Shown piece by piece: positions 29,421-38,533 of a stretch of 41,052 nucleotides of DNA; position 1 is the stretch's first letter; every line of letters begins with the position of its first letter. Under the pieces are notes generated by a model that saw only the letters and a list, made by a program, of their open reading frames with translations, did not search any database and was not told the DNA's origin. This stretch comes from Candidatus Latescibacterota bacterium. GTDB lineage: Bacteria > Latescibacterota > UBA2968 > UBA8231. Where the stretch lies: assembly GCA_965205655.1 (NCBI GenBank), contig CBDBIJ010000103.1:1-41052 (forward strand), written 5' to 3'. The position numbers were made by a program, and so were the translations under genes.

Positions 29421-30166
29421 TTGACGGAACGGAGGTTATCGACTTCCACGGTCACTCTGGCCGGTGGGAGGTGTTCGGCATGATCGACGATGCCGATACC
29501 ATGCTCAGGACGATGGATGCGGCAGGAGTCGACAGGGCCTGTGTTTTCAACATCTTCGATCCGGACAGTCGCGAAAGCAACGACCGCAACGCCACCTTTG
29601 CGGCGCAGCATCCGGATCGATTCATCCCCTTCGCCTATATCTGGCTAAACGACCCCGAGTCGATGGTGGCAGAGCTGGCGCGGGCAATCGACGAGCTCGG
29701 CTTTCGCGCGGTCAAGACCTATCCGCCCTACACGACAGTTACCATCAGCGATCCGACATGGGATCCGGTGTACGAATTCGTCGAGGAGCGCGGTCTCACC
29801 CTCATCACGCATACGAGCAGGGAATGGCAGTCGGAGCCGAAGTACCTCGGAGAGGTAGCTGGGCGGTTCCCCGGAGCGAACTTCGTGGCCGGACACAGCG
29901 GCAACCTGCCCGAGCAGCGCCGCCAGGCGATCGAGGCGGCGCAAAAAAACCCGAACTACTATCTGGAAACGTGCTCGACCTTCCGCACGCCCGGTGTCAT
30001 CGAGGAGTTGGTGGCAGAGGCGGGTGCCGACCGTGTTCTCTACGGATCGGACGTGCCGCTGATGGATCCGCGCTCGCAGATCGGCAAGATCATCACCGCC
30101 GATATCAGCGACGAACACAAACGGCTTATCCTGGGCGACAACGCCCGCCGCTTGCTGGGACTGTAA
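29417..30166 (+). CDS. Amidohydrolase_2 family metal-dependent hydrolase
   Basis: IDFHGH, ITH, AGHSG, RVLYGSDVP, ILGDNARRL. Confidence 0.9.
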   Translation: MIDGTEVIDFHGHSGRWEVFGMIDDADTMLRTMDAAGVDRACVFNIFDPDSRESNDRNATFAAQHPDRFIPFAYIWLNDPESMVAELARAIDELGFRAVKTYPPYTTVTISDPTWDPVYEFVEERGLTLITHTSREWQSEPKYLGEVAGRFPGANFVAGHSGNLPEQRRQAIEAAQKNPNYYLETCSTFRTPGVIEELVAEAGADRVLYGSDVPLMDPRSQIGKIITADISDEHKRLILGDNARRLLGL

Positions 30167-30198
30167 TTCGACTGCCTTTGCCCCGGAGGCAGGGCCAG

Positions 30199-31185
30199 TC
30201 AGATCTTCAGTGCGACATCGACGTCGAGCCGGCCGTCGTCGACGGCCTGCCTGAAGAAATCTACCGTGTCCCGGACCCCGTCGACGAAGGTCCTGTAGTG
30301 GACGCGACCGAGAGCGGCGTCGAGGGCGCTGTCGTCGATGCTGGAGGGGTGGGGAAGTGGTGTGGGATCGTGCCGTATTTTGCCTCTGACGTCGGGAACG
30401 ACCTGCTCTATGGCAGCGACGATCTCTTCCATCGAGACAGTACTGCCGCCCAGGTTGTAGACGGGGGCCCCTTCGAGTCGAGTTCGGGCCGCCGAGATCA
30501 TAACGGCGGCGACGTCGGCGGCGTGGTGGTAGACGATGGTGCCGCCGAAGGTGATGTGCCACTCTCGACCGAGGGCGGCGGCGAGCATGGCCTTTGTCGG
30601 GCTAGAGGTGAAGCCCTGATCGCGGCCGGGACCATAGACGATGCAGGGTCTGAGCCCGATGCTGTAGACCTCGCTCTCTTTCCAGAAGATGCGGGCTGTG
30701 CCCTCGTTGGCCTGTTTGTAGACCCCGTAGTGGCTGGGGGGGATCAGTGGGGCATCGTAGGCCAGTGGCCCGGGCGAGTAGAGTTCCGGCTCGCCGTAGA
30801 CGCCGAAGGAGCTGACGAAGACGAGGCCTTGAATCTGGTCGAGGTGCCGCTTGACCGTTTCGAAAACGACGGTCGTGCCGACGACGTTTACCTGCGCTCC
30901 GAGCACGGGATTCGTCCGGCATTGAGGGGTCTGCAGCGCGGCGAGGTGGATGATGTGAGTGATGTCGTTGTCGACGACGGCTCGCTCGAATGACTCGAGA
31001 TCGGTGACGTCCCCGGCGAGGAAGGTTACCTTCGAAACGTCGTCATCGCTCATGACGAGATGAAGACGGTAGGGGTCGCCGGCCAGATCGTAGGTGCAGA
31101 CGGGCACACCTTCGCCAACGAGGCGACGCACGGTCCAGGCGCCGATACAACCGAAGGCGCCGGTGATCAGAAAGCGCTCAGTCAC
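30199..31185 (-). CDS. NAD-dependent epimerase/dehydratase (extended SDR)
   Basis: LITGAFGCIG, IHLAA, VSS, YGVYK, LRP.IVYGPGR. Confidence 0.92.
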   Translation of the reverse strand: MTERFLITGAFGCIGAWTVRRLVGEGVPVCTYDLAGDPYRLHLVMSDDDVSKVTFLAGDVTDLESFERAVVDNDITHIIHLAALQTPQCRTNPVLGAQVNVVGTTVVFETVKRHLDQIQGLVFVSSFGVYGEPELYSPGPLAYDAPLIPPSHYGVYKQANEGTARIFWKESEVYSIGLRPCIVYGPGRDQGFTSSPTKAMLAAALGREWHITFGGTIVYHHAADVAAVMISAARTRLEGAPVYNLGGSTVSMEEIVAAIEQVVPDVRGKIRHDPTPLPHPSSIDDSALDAALGRVHYRTFVDGVRDTVDFFRQAVDDGRLDVDVALKI

Positions 31186-31246
31186 AGGTCAATGCCGTAG
31201 CTTCCGATTTAACTGGTGGGAATCATACATTCAGGGAGATTAAGCA

Positions 31247-32179
31247 ATGAACGACGCATCGACACAATATGAATTCAAGCTCGGCATGTCTCTCAACGAG
31301 CTGCAGCTCCCGTTCGAGGAGTCCCTCGCCAAGGCCAAGGAACTGGGTGCGCGCTATGCATGGGGCGGCACCCATTCGGAGGGACGGCGGCTGTCGGAGC
31401 TGCCGGACGCTGAGATAGACGAGGTGGCCAAGATGGTCGACTCGCATGGTCTCGAGTTCCTGTTCATCGACAACGCGGCGCTGTTCAAGCACGTTCACGT
31501 GGCCGAGCTCGAGCTCGGCAAGATGCTCGAACACCCGCAGTTCAAGGAGCACCTCGACACCCTGACGCAATCGATGGAGGTGTCGGCCCGGTTGGGTGTC
31601 GGGGCCGTCGCCATCTCCAGCTTTGCATGGCCTGCGGAGTACACCGCCGGCAAGCCGACGTGGCCGATGCGCTGGGCGACACGGGGAGGCATCATCGCGG
31701 ATGTGGACATGGAGAAACTCGTGGAGGCATTCTCGATAATCGTGGAGCGGGCAGAGCAGTACAGCGTCGATGTGGCCCTGCTGATGATGCAGTGGAACTA
31801 CACGAACACGACGGGGAACTTTCGCCGCATCGCCGAGGCCGTAGGCTCGCCGCGACTGAAGGCCATATGGTGCCCGGCGGACAACTCCAACTGCGGCGAG
31901 ACGGACGTCGCCACCGCAGGCTTCCAAAACCTGCGTCCCTATCTCCACGCCATTCACGCCAAAGATCTGCACACCATCGACGGATCGAAGCTTGAGTTCG
32001 ACTACCTGCCGATCGGGGATGGCGACGTCGACTACCCGACGCTGCTCGGCAATCTGCGCGACCACGACTGCGATGTCGTCGTCTCGGTGGCCACACACTT
32101 CACGCCTCCCAGTGGTTCGCATATAGAGGCGATGGAGACGAACGTGAGGAATCTGAACCGCCTGATCTCCAACCTCTGA
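31247..32179 (+). CDS. Sugar phosphate isomerase/epimerase (xylose isomerase-like TIM barrel)
   Basis: IHAKD and IGDGDVDY motifs, TIM-barrel length; SD GGGAG. Confidence 0.8.
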   Translation: MNDASTQYEFKLGMSLNELQLPFEESLAKAKELGARYAWGGTHSEGRRLSELPDAEIDEVAKMVDSHGLEFLFIDNAALFKHVHVAELELGKMLEHPQFKEHLDTLTQSMEVSARLGVGAVAISSFAWPAEYTAGKPTWPMRWATRGGIIADVDMEKLVEAFSIIVERAEQYSVDVALLMMQWNYTNTTGNFRRIAEAVGSPRLKAIWCPADNSNCGETDVATAGFQNLRPYLHAIHAKDLHTIDGSKLEFDYLPIGDGDVDYPTLLGNLRDHDCDVVVSVATHFTPPSGSHIEAMETNVRNLNRLISNL

Positions 32180-32192
32180 TGGAGATCAGGCG
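32159..32192. terminator. 13-bp perfect hairpin overlapping the stop codon (terminator-like or stabilising)
   Basis: CGCCTGATCTCCA / TGGAGATCAGGCG; lacks a strong U tract. Confidence 0.5.
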
Positions 32193-32263
32193 CCCTTATC
32201 TCTAGTCTCGCCTAGAGATCGTGCAACTAGCTTAAAAAACAACCTCTAGCCCTAGATTTCTGC

Positions 32264-32292
32264 TTGACAGAATTTGGCGATCTAAGTAGTAT
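32264..32292 (+). promoter_or_regulatory. Near-consensus sigma70 promoter
   Basis: TTGACA-N17-TAGTAT. Confidence 0.75.
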
Positions 32293-32298
32293 TGGGAC

Positions 32299-32376
32299 CA
32301 GAAACCGCTGTCACGCTCAGTGGTGCGGAGTTATAGGCCGACAGGACGGAGGCGATCCTGCCGGCCTTTTTATTTT
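32299..32376 (+). ncRNA. Candidate small RNA 1 (about 75 nt)
   Basis: Bounded by the promoter and an intrinsic terminator (AGGCCGaCAGGA/TCCTGcCGGCCT followed by TTTTATTTT); 5' hairpin at 32305-32328; no ORF. Confidence 0.5.
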
Positions 32377-32381
32377 CACTC

Positions 32382-32410
32382 TTGACTTCCCCCGCCGGGG
32401 CTCATACCGT
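32382..32410 (+). promoter_or_regulatory. Second sigma70-type promoter
   Basis: TTGACT-N17-TACCGT. Confidence 0.55.
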
Positions 32411-32416
32411 TCTGCC

Positions 32417-32636
32417 AATCCCCACCATCCGCTGATGGCGATCATCTCCCCAGATGCTCGGTTCATCAATGGATGACCTCGTTGTTTAAAGCGAGGAGGT
32501 CCTCGGCATGCCGAGGATCGCCGGCCATCCGGTAGGCGCCTCGTATCGGGAATCCGGCATTGTCGGGCGGGCCTCTCATCTCCCCCGCCCGATCAAATTT
32601 TCTCCCTAATGGGGGGCTTCGGCCCCCATTTTTTTT
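32417..32636 (+). ncRNA. Candidate structured transcript 2 (about 220 nt; sRNA or small-peptide mRNA)
   Basis: At least six hairpins, repeated UCUCCC motifs, own promoter and terminator. Confidence 0.5.
32608..32636 (+). terminator. Rho-independent terminator with cUUCGg loop
   Basis: AATGGGGGGC-TTCG-GCCCCCATT followed by a T tract. Confidence 0.88.
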
Positions 32637-32661
32637 ACTCAGCTCACCGAGGCCCGAGACA

Positions 32662-33682
32662 ATGAGAGCCTCCTATTACCACGGAAATCGCACGATGAAA
32701 GTCGACGCATGCGTGCCGGGCCGGCCCGAGGCGCACGAGGTCCGCATCGAGGTGGCCTACGCCGGCGTCTGCGGCACCGATCTGCACATCTTCCAGGGTC
32801 ACATGGACCAGCGGGTAAAGACGCCGCTTGTGATCGGCCACGAGATGTCCGGCAGCGTCGCCGAGGTGGGCGAGGGCGTGGATGGATGGAGCGCCGGTGA
32901 CCGCCGTCGTCGTGCGGCCGCTCGAGCCCTGCAACGAGTGTCCCGGGTGTCGGGCCGGCCACAGTCACGTCTGTCAAAACCTGAACTTCATCGGTATAGA
33001 CAGTCCCGGCGCCTTTCAGGCATCGTGGACGGTGCCGGCACAGACACTACATAAACTACCTGACGGAATTTCCATGGAGGTTGCGGCTTTGGTCGAGCCG
33101 CTGGCCGTCGCCTGTCACGACGTGCGACTCGGTGAGGTACAGGCCGGCGAGCAGGCCGTCGTCATAGGTGCCGGCCCGATCGGCACGCTCGTGGCTCTCG
33201 TCGCCCGCCACGCGGGGGCGAGCGTGCTCGTGTCCGAAGTGAATCCGTTTCGAATCGAGTTCGCCAAAGACCTGGGGTTCGATGCGGTGAATCCGGAGAA
33301 GAAGGACCTAACAACCCTCGTGGAGGAGCGAACCGGCGGAGCAGGCGCCGACGTCGTGTTCGAAGTGTCCGGCACTCAGGCGGGGGCGCAGATCATGACA
33401 GAGCTGGTGCGCATCCGCGGCCGGATGGTGGTGGTGGCCATGTTCGCCGAGGCGCCGAAGCTGGATCTGTTCCGCATCTTATGGCGGGAGCTGAGGCTGT
33501 GCGGCGTGCGGGTCTACGAGCCGGAGGATTACGACCGCGCCATCGAGCTGGTCGCCGGCGAAGAATTGCCGTTGGAGCAACTCATCACAGCGCGTCGCTC
33601 CCTCGGCGACCTGCAGGAGATCTTCGAGGAAATAGGCTCTGAACCGGAGATGATGAAAGTGCTGGTGGACGCGCAGAATTAG
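32662..33682 (+). CDS. Zn-dependent alcohol dehydrogenase (MDR, sugar/threonine dehydrogenase-like; frameshift near 32904)
   Basis: GVCGTDLH, GHE, CNECPGC...C, EPLA, GAGPIG. Confidence 0.92.
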
Positions 33683-33728
33683 GGAGACTTGGTTCCAACC
33701 ACCTGCCAGAATATCTTGGAGGGCGCAT

Positions 33729-36221
33729 ATGGAAGACTACGAGCCACTCGACCTTTCTGGTCACTGCAATGCCGGGGTCTCACTCCTGGACGAGACGATT
33801 CCGCTCGGCAGCCAGACCCTTCACGGACTCCCTTTCCAGATCGGGGCGGCACAGCCGAAGACGGACCACTGTCTGCTGTCGTTCGGACCCGACGCGGCAG
33901 GGGGAATGGAAATCGAAGTCGGCTCCCAGGCGAGCAGGATCGTCTTCGCGCACCGACTGCTCGAGTCCAAGATCGGCGAGGGAGGCCCCATCGGTGAGCA
34001 GGTGGGCGAGTACGCCTTTCATATAGACGGGGGCGAGGAGTTTCGAGTGCCGGTGCGAGAGCGATTCGAGATCTGCGCTGTCCCCTACGGCCGCGCCACT
34101 CCCTTCCTTGCCTTTCCGGATCACGGCGACAAGGTGTTACCGCGTTACGAAGGGGCCTGGGAGCAGGCGGGCAGACGCCAGACCGAAGGAGAGCGAGCCG
34201 CACCGCGCTGGTTTGCGCTGTGGGTGTGGAGGAACCCCACACCCGACAGGCCGGTCGAGAAAATCACCGTCACGGCTGCCACTCGAGCTTTCGTCATCGG
34301 CGGCATCACCATCGGTCACGTCGACGAGGATCCGATCTGTCGCGACGGGCTGCGGGATGTGATGATCACGCTGCCGAAGCAGGAGGACGCCGATCGCCCG
34401 TTCGATCTCGAAGTAGAGGTAGACAGGGGAGTGGCGACGTATCCGTATCCGCTACCGGAGATGTCGACGGATGAATTCCTCAACGACGACCGCAAGGGAT
34501 GGGGTGAGGCCCAGAGTCAGAAGAGCAGCCCCAGCCAGGTCGAGATCGCCGCGACTCCATCGGCAACGGTCACCGTCAAGCACGGCGGCGAGACCGTAGG
34601 CGACGTGCGCTGGGGAGATGTGCTCGAAAAGGGGAGTGCGGAGTCGAACTCGAGGCTCAAGGTCGAAATCGTCGATCGCGGCAGAAACTGGGTGCACACG
34701 ACGATCGTGGACGACGACACTGGCAAACCAGTGCCGTGCCGCATCCACTTTCGATCGCCGGAGGGGATCGCCTACGCCCCCCACGGCCACCACGCCCACG
34801 TCAACTCCAACCTCGGGAGCTGGCACTTCGATGTCGGGGGTGACGTGCGACTGGGCCAGGCCACCTACGCCTACACCGACGGCACCTGCCAGGGCTGGCT
34901 GCCGCGGGGCGAGGTGATCGTCGACGTGGCGCGGGGGTTCGAGTACGAGCCGCTGCGGGCGAAGCTGCAGGTCAAGCCCGGTCAGCGCCAGCTGGAGCTC
35001 AGACTCAAACGCTGGTGCCACATGAACGAGGACCGGTGGTTCAGCGGCGATTCGCACGTCCACTTCCTGTCGCGGCAGGGAAGCCACATGGAGGCGAACG
35101 GCGAGGATCTGAACGTGGTGAACATGCTGCAGTCGCAGTGGGGCAACCTGTTCACGGATACCCAGGAGTTCACCGGCGAAGCGAGTGTCTCGAACGACGG
35201 CAAGAGCATCGTCTACGTGTCACAGGAGAACAGGCAGCATTTTCTCGGGCATCTCATTCTGTGGGGACTGAAAAAGCCCGTCATGCCGTGGTGCTCCGAC
35301 GGCCTCGGGGAGGCGGAGCTGGGCGGCTCCCTCGAGATCACCATGTCGGACTGGGCCGACCAGACTCACGAGCAGGGCGGCACCGTCGTCATCCCGCACC
35401 TGCCGAACCCAAACGGAGAGCCTGCGACGCTGATCGCCACCGGCCGCGCCGACGCCATTGAGATGCTGCGACACGGCGAATACGAGCACAACGAATGGTA
35501 CCGCTACCTGAACTGCGGCTACAAGCTGCCGCTCGTGGGCGGCACGGACAAGATGTCGAACGACGTGCCGGTGGGCATCTACCGGACTTACGCCTACGTC
35601 CCGCCCGATGAGGAGTTCACCTACGACAACTGGTGCAAGAGCGTGGCGGCCGGCCGCACCTTCCACAGCGGCGGACCGATGATTCGCTTTTCGGTCGAAG
35701 GCCGCCGCGTCGGCGATACCATCGATCTGCCCGGCAACGGCGGCACCGTTGAAGTGGAAGCAGAAGCGGAATCGATCCTACCGATCCACACTCTCCAGGT
35801 GGTGCAGGAGGGTCGGGTCGTGGCGTCAACCGAGGATGCGAAGGGCGCGCGCAAACTGAGCTTGCGGGCCCAGGTGAAGGTGGAAGGGCATTCATGGCTG
35901 GCGGCGCGCTGCAGCGGGCCGAACTACAACTCTTTGCCGCATCACGACAGCTGGGGACGCGGCATCTTCGCCCACACCTCGCCCATCTACCTCGCCTGCG
36001 GTGGGGAGTGGTGGATGTTCGACGAGGAGACGGCGCAGTACATGCTCACTCTCATGGATGGCTGCATTCAGTATGTAAGGAATACGAGCCGTCAGCTTCC
36101 GGCGGATTCGGCGACCCATCACCACGGGGAGGAGGATCACATGGCCTACCTGGAGCGGCCATTCCAACAGGGTATCGAGGCGATACACAAGCGGATGCAC
36201 AAACTCGGAATACAACACTGA
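33729..36221 (+). CDS. CehA/McbA-like (PHP-fold) metallohydrolase
   Basis: ARGFEY, WFSGDSHVH, QENR, GHL, WYRYLNCG..LPLVGGTD, AGRTF.SGGP, FAHTSPIY. Confidence 0.8.
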   Translation: MEDYEPLDLSGHCNAGVSLLDETIPLGSQTLHGLPFQIGAAQPKTDHCLLSFGPDAAGGMEIEVGSQASRIVFAHRLLESKIGEGGPIGEQVGEYAFHIDGGEEFRVPVRERFEICAVPYGRATPFLAFPDHGDKVLPRYEGAWEQAGRRQTEGERAAPRWFALWVWRNPTPDRPVEKITVTAATRAFVIGGITIGHVDEDPICRDGLRDVMITLPKQEDADRPFDLEVEVDRGVATYPYPLPEMSTDEFLNDDRKGWGEAQSQKSSPSQVEIAATPSATVTVKHGGETVGDVRWGDVLEKGSAESNSRLKVEIVDRGRNWVHTTIVDDDTGKPVPCRIHFRSPEGIAYAPHGHHAHVNSNLGSWHFDVGGDVRLGQATYAYTDGTCQGWLPRGEVIVDVARGFEYEPLRAKLQVKPGQRQLELRLKRWCHMNEDRWFSGDSHVHFLSRQGSHMEANGEDLNVVNMLQSQWGNLFTDTQEFTGEASVSNDGKSIVYVSQENRQHFLGHLILWGLKKPVMPWCSDGLGEAELGGSLEITMSDWADQTHEQGGTVVIPHLPNPNGEPATLIATGRADAIEMLRHGEYEHNEWYRYLNCGYKLPLVGGTDKMSNDVPVGIYRTYAYVPPDEEFTYDNWCKSVAAGRTFHSGGPMIRFSVEGRRVGDTIDLPGNGGTVEVEAEAESILPIHTLQVVQEGRVVASTEDAKGARKLSLRAQVKVEGHSWLAARCSGPNYNSLPHHDSWGRGIFAHTSPIYLACGGEWWMFDEETAQYMLTLMDGCIQYVRNTSRQLPADSATHHHGEEDHMAYLERPFQQGIEAIHKRMHKLGIQH

Positions 36222-36230
36222 GAGAGGCTG

Positions 36231-37565
36231 ATGACTGTCGCGACGAAAACAGATGTCACCGAAACACTGGAGGCGCAATACCGCGCCGCGACCCCGCGCT
36301 CGCGTGAGCTGTTCGAGCAATCGCTGAAGGCCACGCCCGGCGGCGCCAAGGGGGCGTACTACTACAAGCCATATCCGCTGTCGATGGAGCGGGGGGAGGG
36401 ATGCCATGTCTGGGACGTGGACGGGCGCGAGTACGTCGACTTCGTCAACCATCACACAGCCCTCATCGTCGGACACCGAAACGCGGCGGTGATCGAGGCC
36501 GTCGAGCATCAGTTGGAGCGGGGGATCATCCTCGGGGCGCCGGTGGGTATCGAAAGCGAGTATGCCGAGGAGCTGTGTAGTCGTGTGAAGTCGCTGGACA
36601 AGGTCCGATTCTGCAACTCCGGCACCGAGGCGACGCTGCACGCAGTTCGGCTGGCGCGAGGGTTCATGGAGCGGCCGAAGATCGCCAAGTTCGAGGGTGG
36701 CTATCACGGCACTCACGACGCCGTGGAGATCAGTGTCGTCCCGCCTCTCGACAAGGCGGGCCCCGCCGATGCACCCCTGCCGGTGCCCGGGGTGAAGGGA
36801 ATGTCGCCTGGCACGACCGAGGAGATTGTCATCCTGCCGTACAACGACGAAGATGCGGTGGAGCGACTGGTGCGCCAGCACAAGGACGAGCTCGCCTGCG
36901 TCATCTACGACCCCAAGGCGGGAGTCATGCCGCAGCGGCCGGAGTTCGCGCAGTTCGTCAGGGAGGTGACGGCCGCGAATGATATACTGCTCATTTTCGA
37001 TGAGATTGTCGGCTTCAGCGCCGCGAGAGGCGGACTTCAGGAACGGCTCGGCATTGCGCCGGACTTGACCGCTTTCGGCAAAATTGTGGGCGGCGGATTT
37101 CCCGTGGCCGCGTTCGGGGGTAGAGGCGACATCATGAACCTGCTCGACCCCGTCAGGGGGGTCAGCGGGTTTGGCCAGAGCGGCACCTTCAGCGCTCACC
37201 CCCTCGGCATGGCCGCCGGCCACGCCACATTGAAGCAACTGACGCCGGAGGCGTTTACTCATCTCGAAAGCCTTGGCGCGCGGCTCTGCAATGGACTGAA
37301 TGACCTCTTTGCGGAGGAGAATGTGGAGGCGCAGGCGGTCCGCGACGGGTCGATCTTCAGCATTCACTTCACCAAAGAAGAGCTCCTCAACTACAGAGTC
37401 ATGACCCGGGCGAACAAGCAGATGGCCTACCCCATCTTCCTGTCGCTGGTAGCGGACGGCTACTACCTGGGCGCGGGACTGGGGATGCTCGGCATATCGC
37501 TGCCGACCCAGGAGAGCCACATCGACGGCCTCATCGAGGCGGTGGGCCGAGCCCTACAGGGCTGA
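36231..37565 (+). CDS. Class III aminotransferase (glutamate-1-semialdehyde aminomutase-like)
   Basis: WDVDGREYVDF, NSGTEA, KFEGGYHG, LIFDEI, FGKIVGGGFP, SGTF. Confidence 0.9.
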   Translation: MTVATKTDVTETLEAQYRAATPRSRELFEQSLKATPGGAKGAYYYKPYPLSMERGEGCHVWDVDGREYVDFVNHHTALIVGHRNAAVIEAVEHQLERGIILGAPVGIESEYAEELCSRVKSLDKVRFCNSGTEATLHAVRLARGFMERPKIAKFEGGYHGTHDAVEISVVPPLDKAGPADAPLPVPGVKGMSPGTTEEIVILPYNDEDAVERLVRQHKDELACVIYDPKAGVMPQRPEFAQFVREVTAANDILLIFDEIVGFSAARGGLQERLGIAPDLTAFGKIVGGGFPVAAFGGRGDIMNLLDPVRGVSGFGQSGTFSAHPLGMAAGHATLKQLTPEAFTHLESLGARLCNGLNDLFAEENVEAQAVRDGSIFSIHFTKEELLNYRVMTRANKQMAYPIFLSLVADGYYLGAGLGMLGISLPTQESHIDGLIEAVGRALQG

Positions 37566-37582
37566 AATAAGGAGCAAGAGCA

Positions 37583-38512
37583 TTGATCACCGACAAAGTG
37601 CTGGGTGCGTACGCGGCGGTTGGTTCACTGTCGCCGGCAGAGCAGGCGCACTGGTATCGCACAGCGGCCGGCGACTGGGGTCTGAAGGTTTTCGAAATCC
37701 CCGTCCTGGCCGGCGTGCCGATGGCGCCAGAGCTCATCGAAGCTCTCGCGGACGTGTCCGCCTCACTCGTCGTCACCTGCGTGGCCCAATGGGCGACGAA
37801 GGGACAGGGCAATCCCGCCTACGGCCTGTCCTCGCTTGACGAAGCCTGCCGACGCGAGGCGATCCTGGATATCCAGTCAATCCAGGAACAGTGTCAATCG
37901 CTGTCCCGCAGTGGAGTCGGCATCCGCAATGTAGCCGTACACACCGGACAGCGTGTCGGAGCGATCGAGGCTCACGCCAGCGCCTTTCAAAAGAGCCTCC
38001 TCGAGCTGATCGAAGCGACGACGAGCGTCCTGCCGGACAGCGAACTCACCGTCGAGGTGTGCGACAACCTGCCGCCGGACCACCCGATCTCATTTCCGGC
38101 GGCGAAGAAGCAGTCCCTGCCGCTAGGCGATCTGCTCGACACGGTCGCCAGTGCGAATGGCGCCAGCGGCACCCGCCCGACGTCGGTGATGCTCAACTGG
38201 GGCCGAATGCTCATAAACGGCGATCAGCCGCTTCAGGTTGTCGACCAGGTCGAGACGTCCGACGTCCCCCTCGCCGGCGTCATCATGTCGGGCGCGGGGT
38301 CGACACCGGATGGCTTCGCCGATTCCCACAACTCGCACCTCGACCCCGACAGCGGCTTCACCGCCGCAGACGGCAAGGCGTGCGCCGCTGCCCTTCAGTC
38401 GAGCGGGGATTCAGTTTTTCTGGGGATGAAGTGCAGTGTGGCGACAACCGGTGATGCGCTTTCGGTCGAAGAGGTGTTGGCGGCCGAGGCGGAGTTGCTG
38501 AACAGCCTGTGA
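37583..38512 (+). CDS. DUF4862-like TIM-barrel protein
   Basis: N-terminal GAYAA, YGLSSLDE..R, VEVCD, KQSL.L, NWGR; TTG start after an AAGGAG SD. Confidence 0.6.
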   Translation: MITDKVLGAYAAVGSLSPAEQAHWYRTAAGDWGLKVFEIPVLAGVPMAPELIEALADVSASLVVTCVAQWATKGQGNPAYGLSSLDEACRREAILDIQSIQEQCQSLSRSGVGIRNVAVHTGQRVGAIEAHASAFQKSLLELIEATTSVLPDSELTVEVCDNLPPDHPISFPAAKKQSLPLGDLLDTVASANGASGTRPTSVMLNWGRMLINGDQPLQVVDQVETSDVPLAGVIMSGAGSTPDGFADSHNSHLDPDSGFTAADGKACAAALQSSGDSVFLGMKCSVATTGDALSVEEVLAAEAELLNSL

Positions 38513-38533
38513 TTTTCCAGGCACGCCCGCTAT

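Noticed and set aside
32299..32376. tRNA gene
   Set aside because: The length is similar, but there is no cloverleaf, no TTC T-loop and no CCA end; the 3' half is a terminator.
35892..37520. 542-aa minus-strand ORF (also 29464-30993, 25091-26374, 11522-12625, 18684-19709, 40433-40940)
   Set aside because: Antisense or alternate-frame shadows of well-supported genes in GC-rich DNA, with no recognisable motifs.
36231..37565. Calling this gene hemL
   Set aside because: It is GSA-aminomutase-like but lacks the typical PGGVNSPVR N-terminal motif and has no tetrapyrrole gene context.
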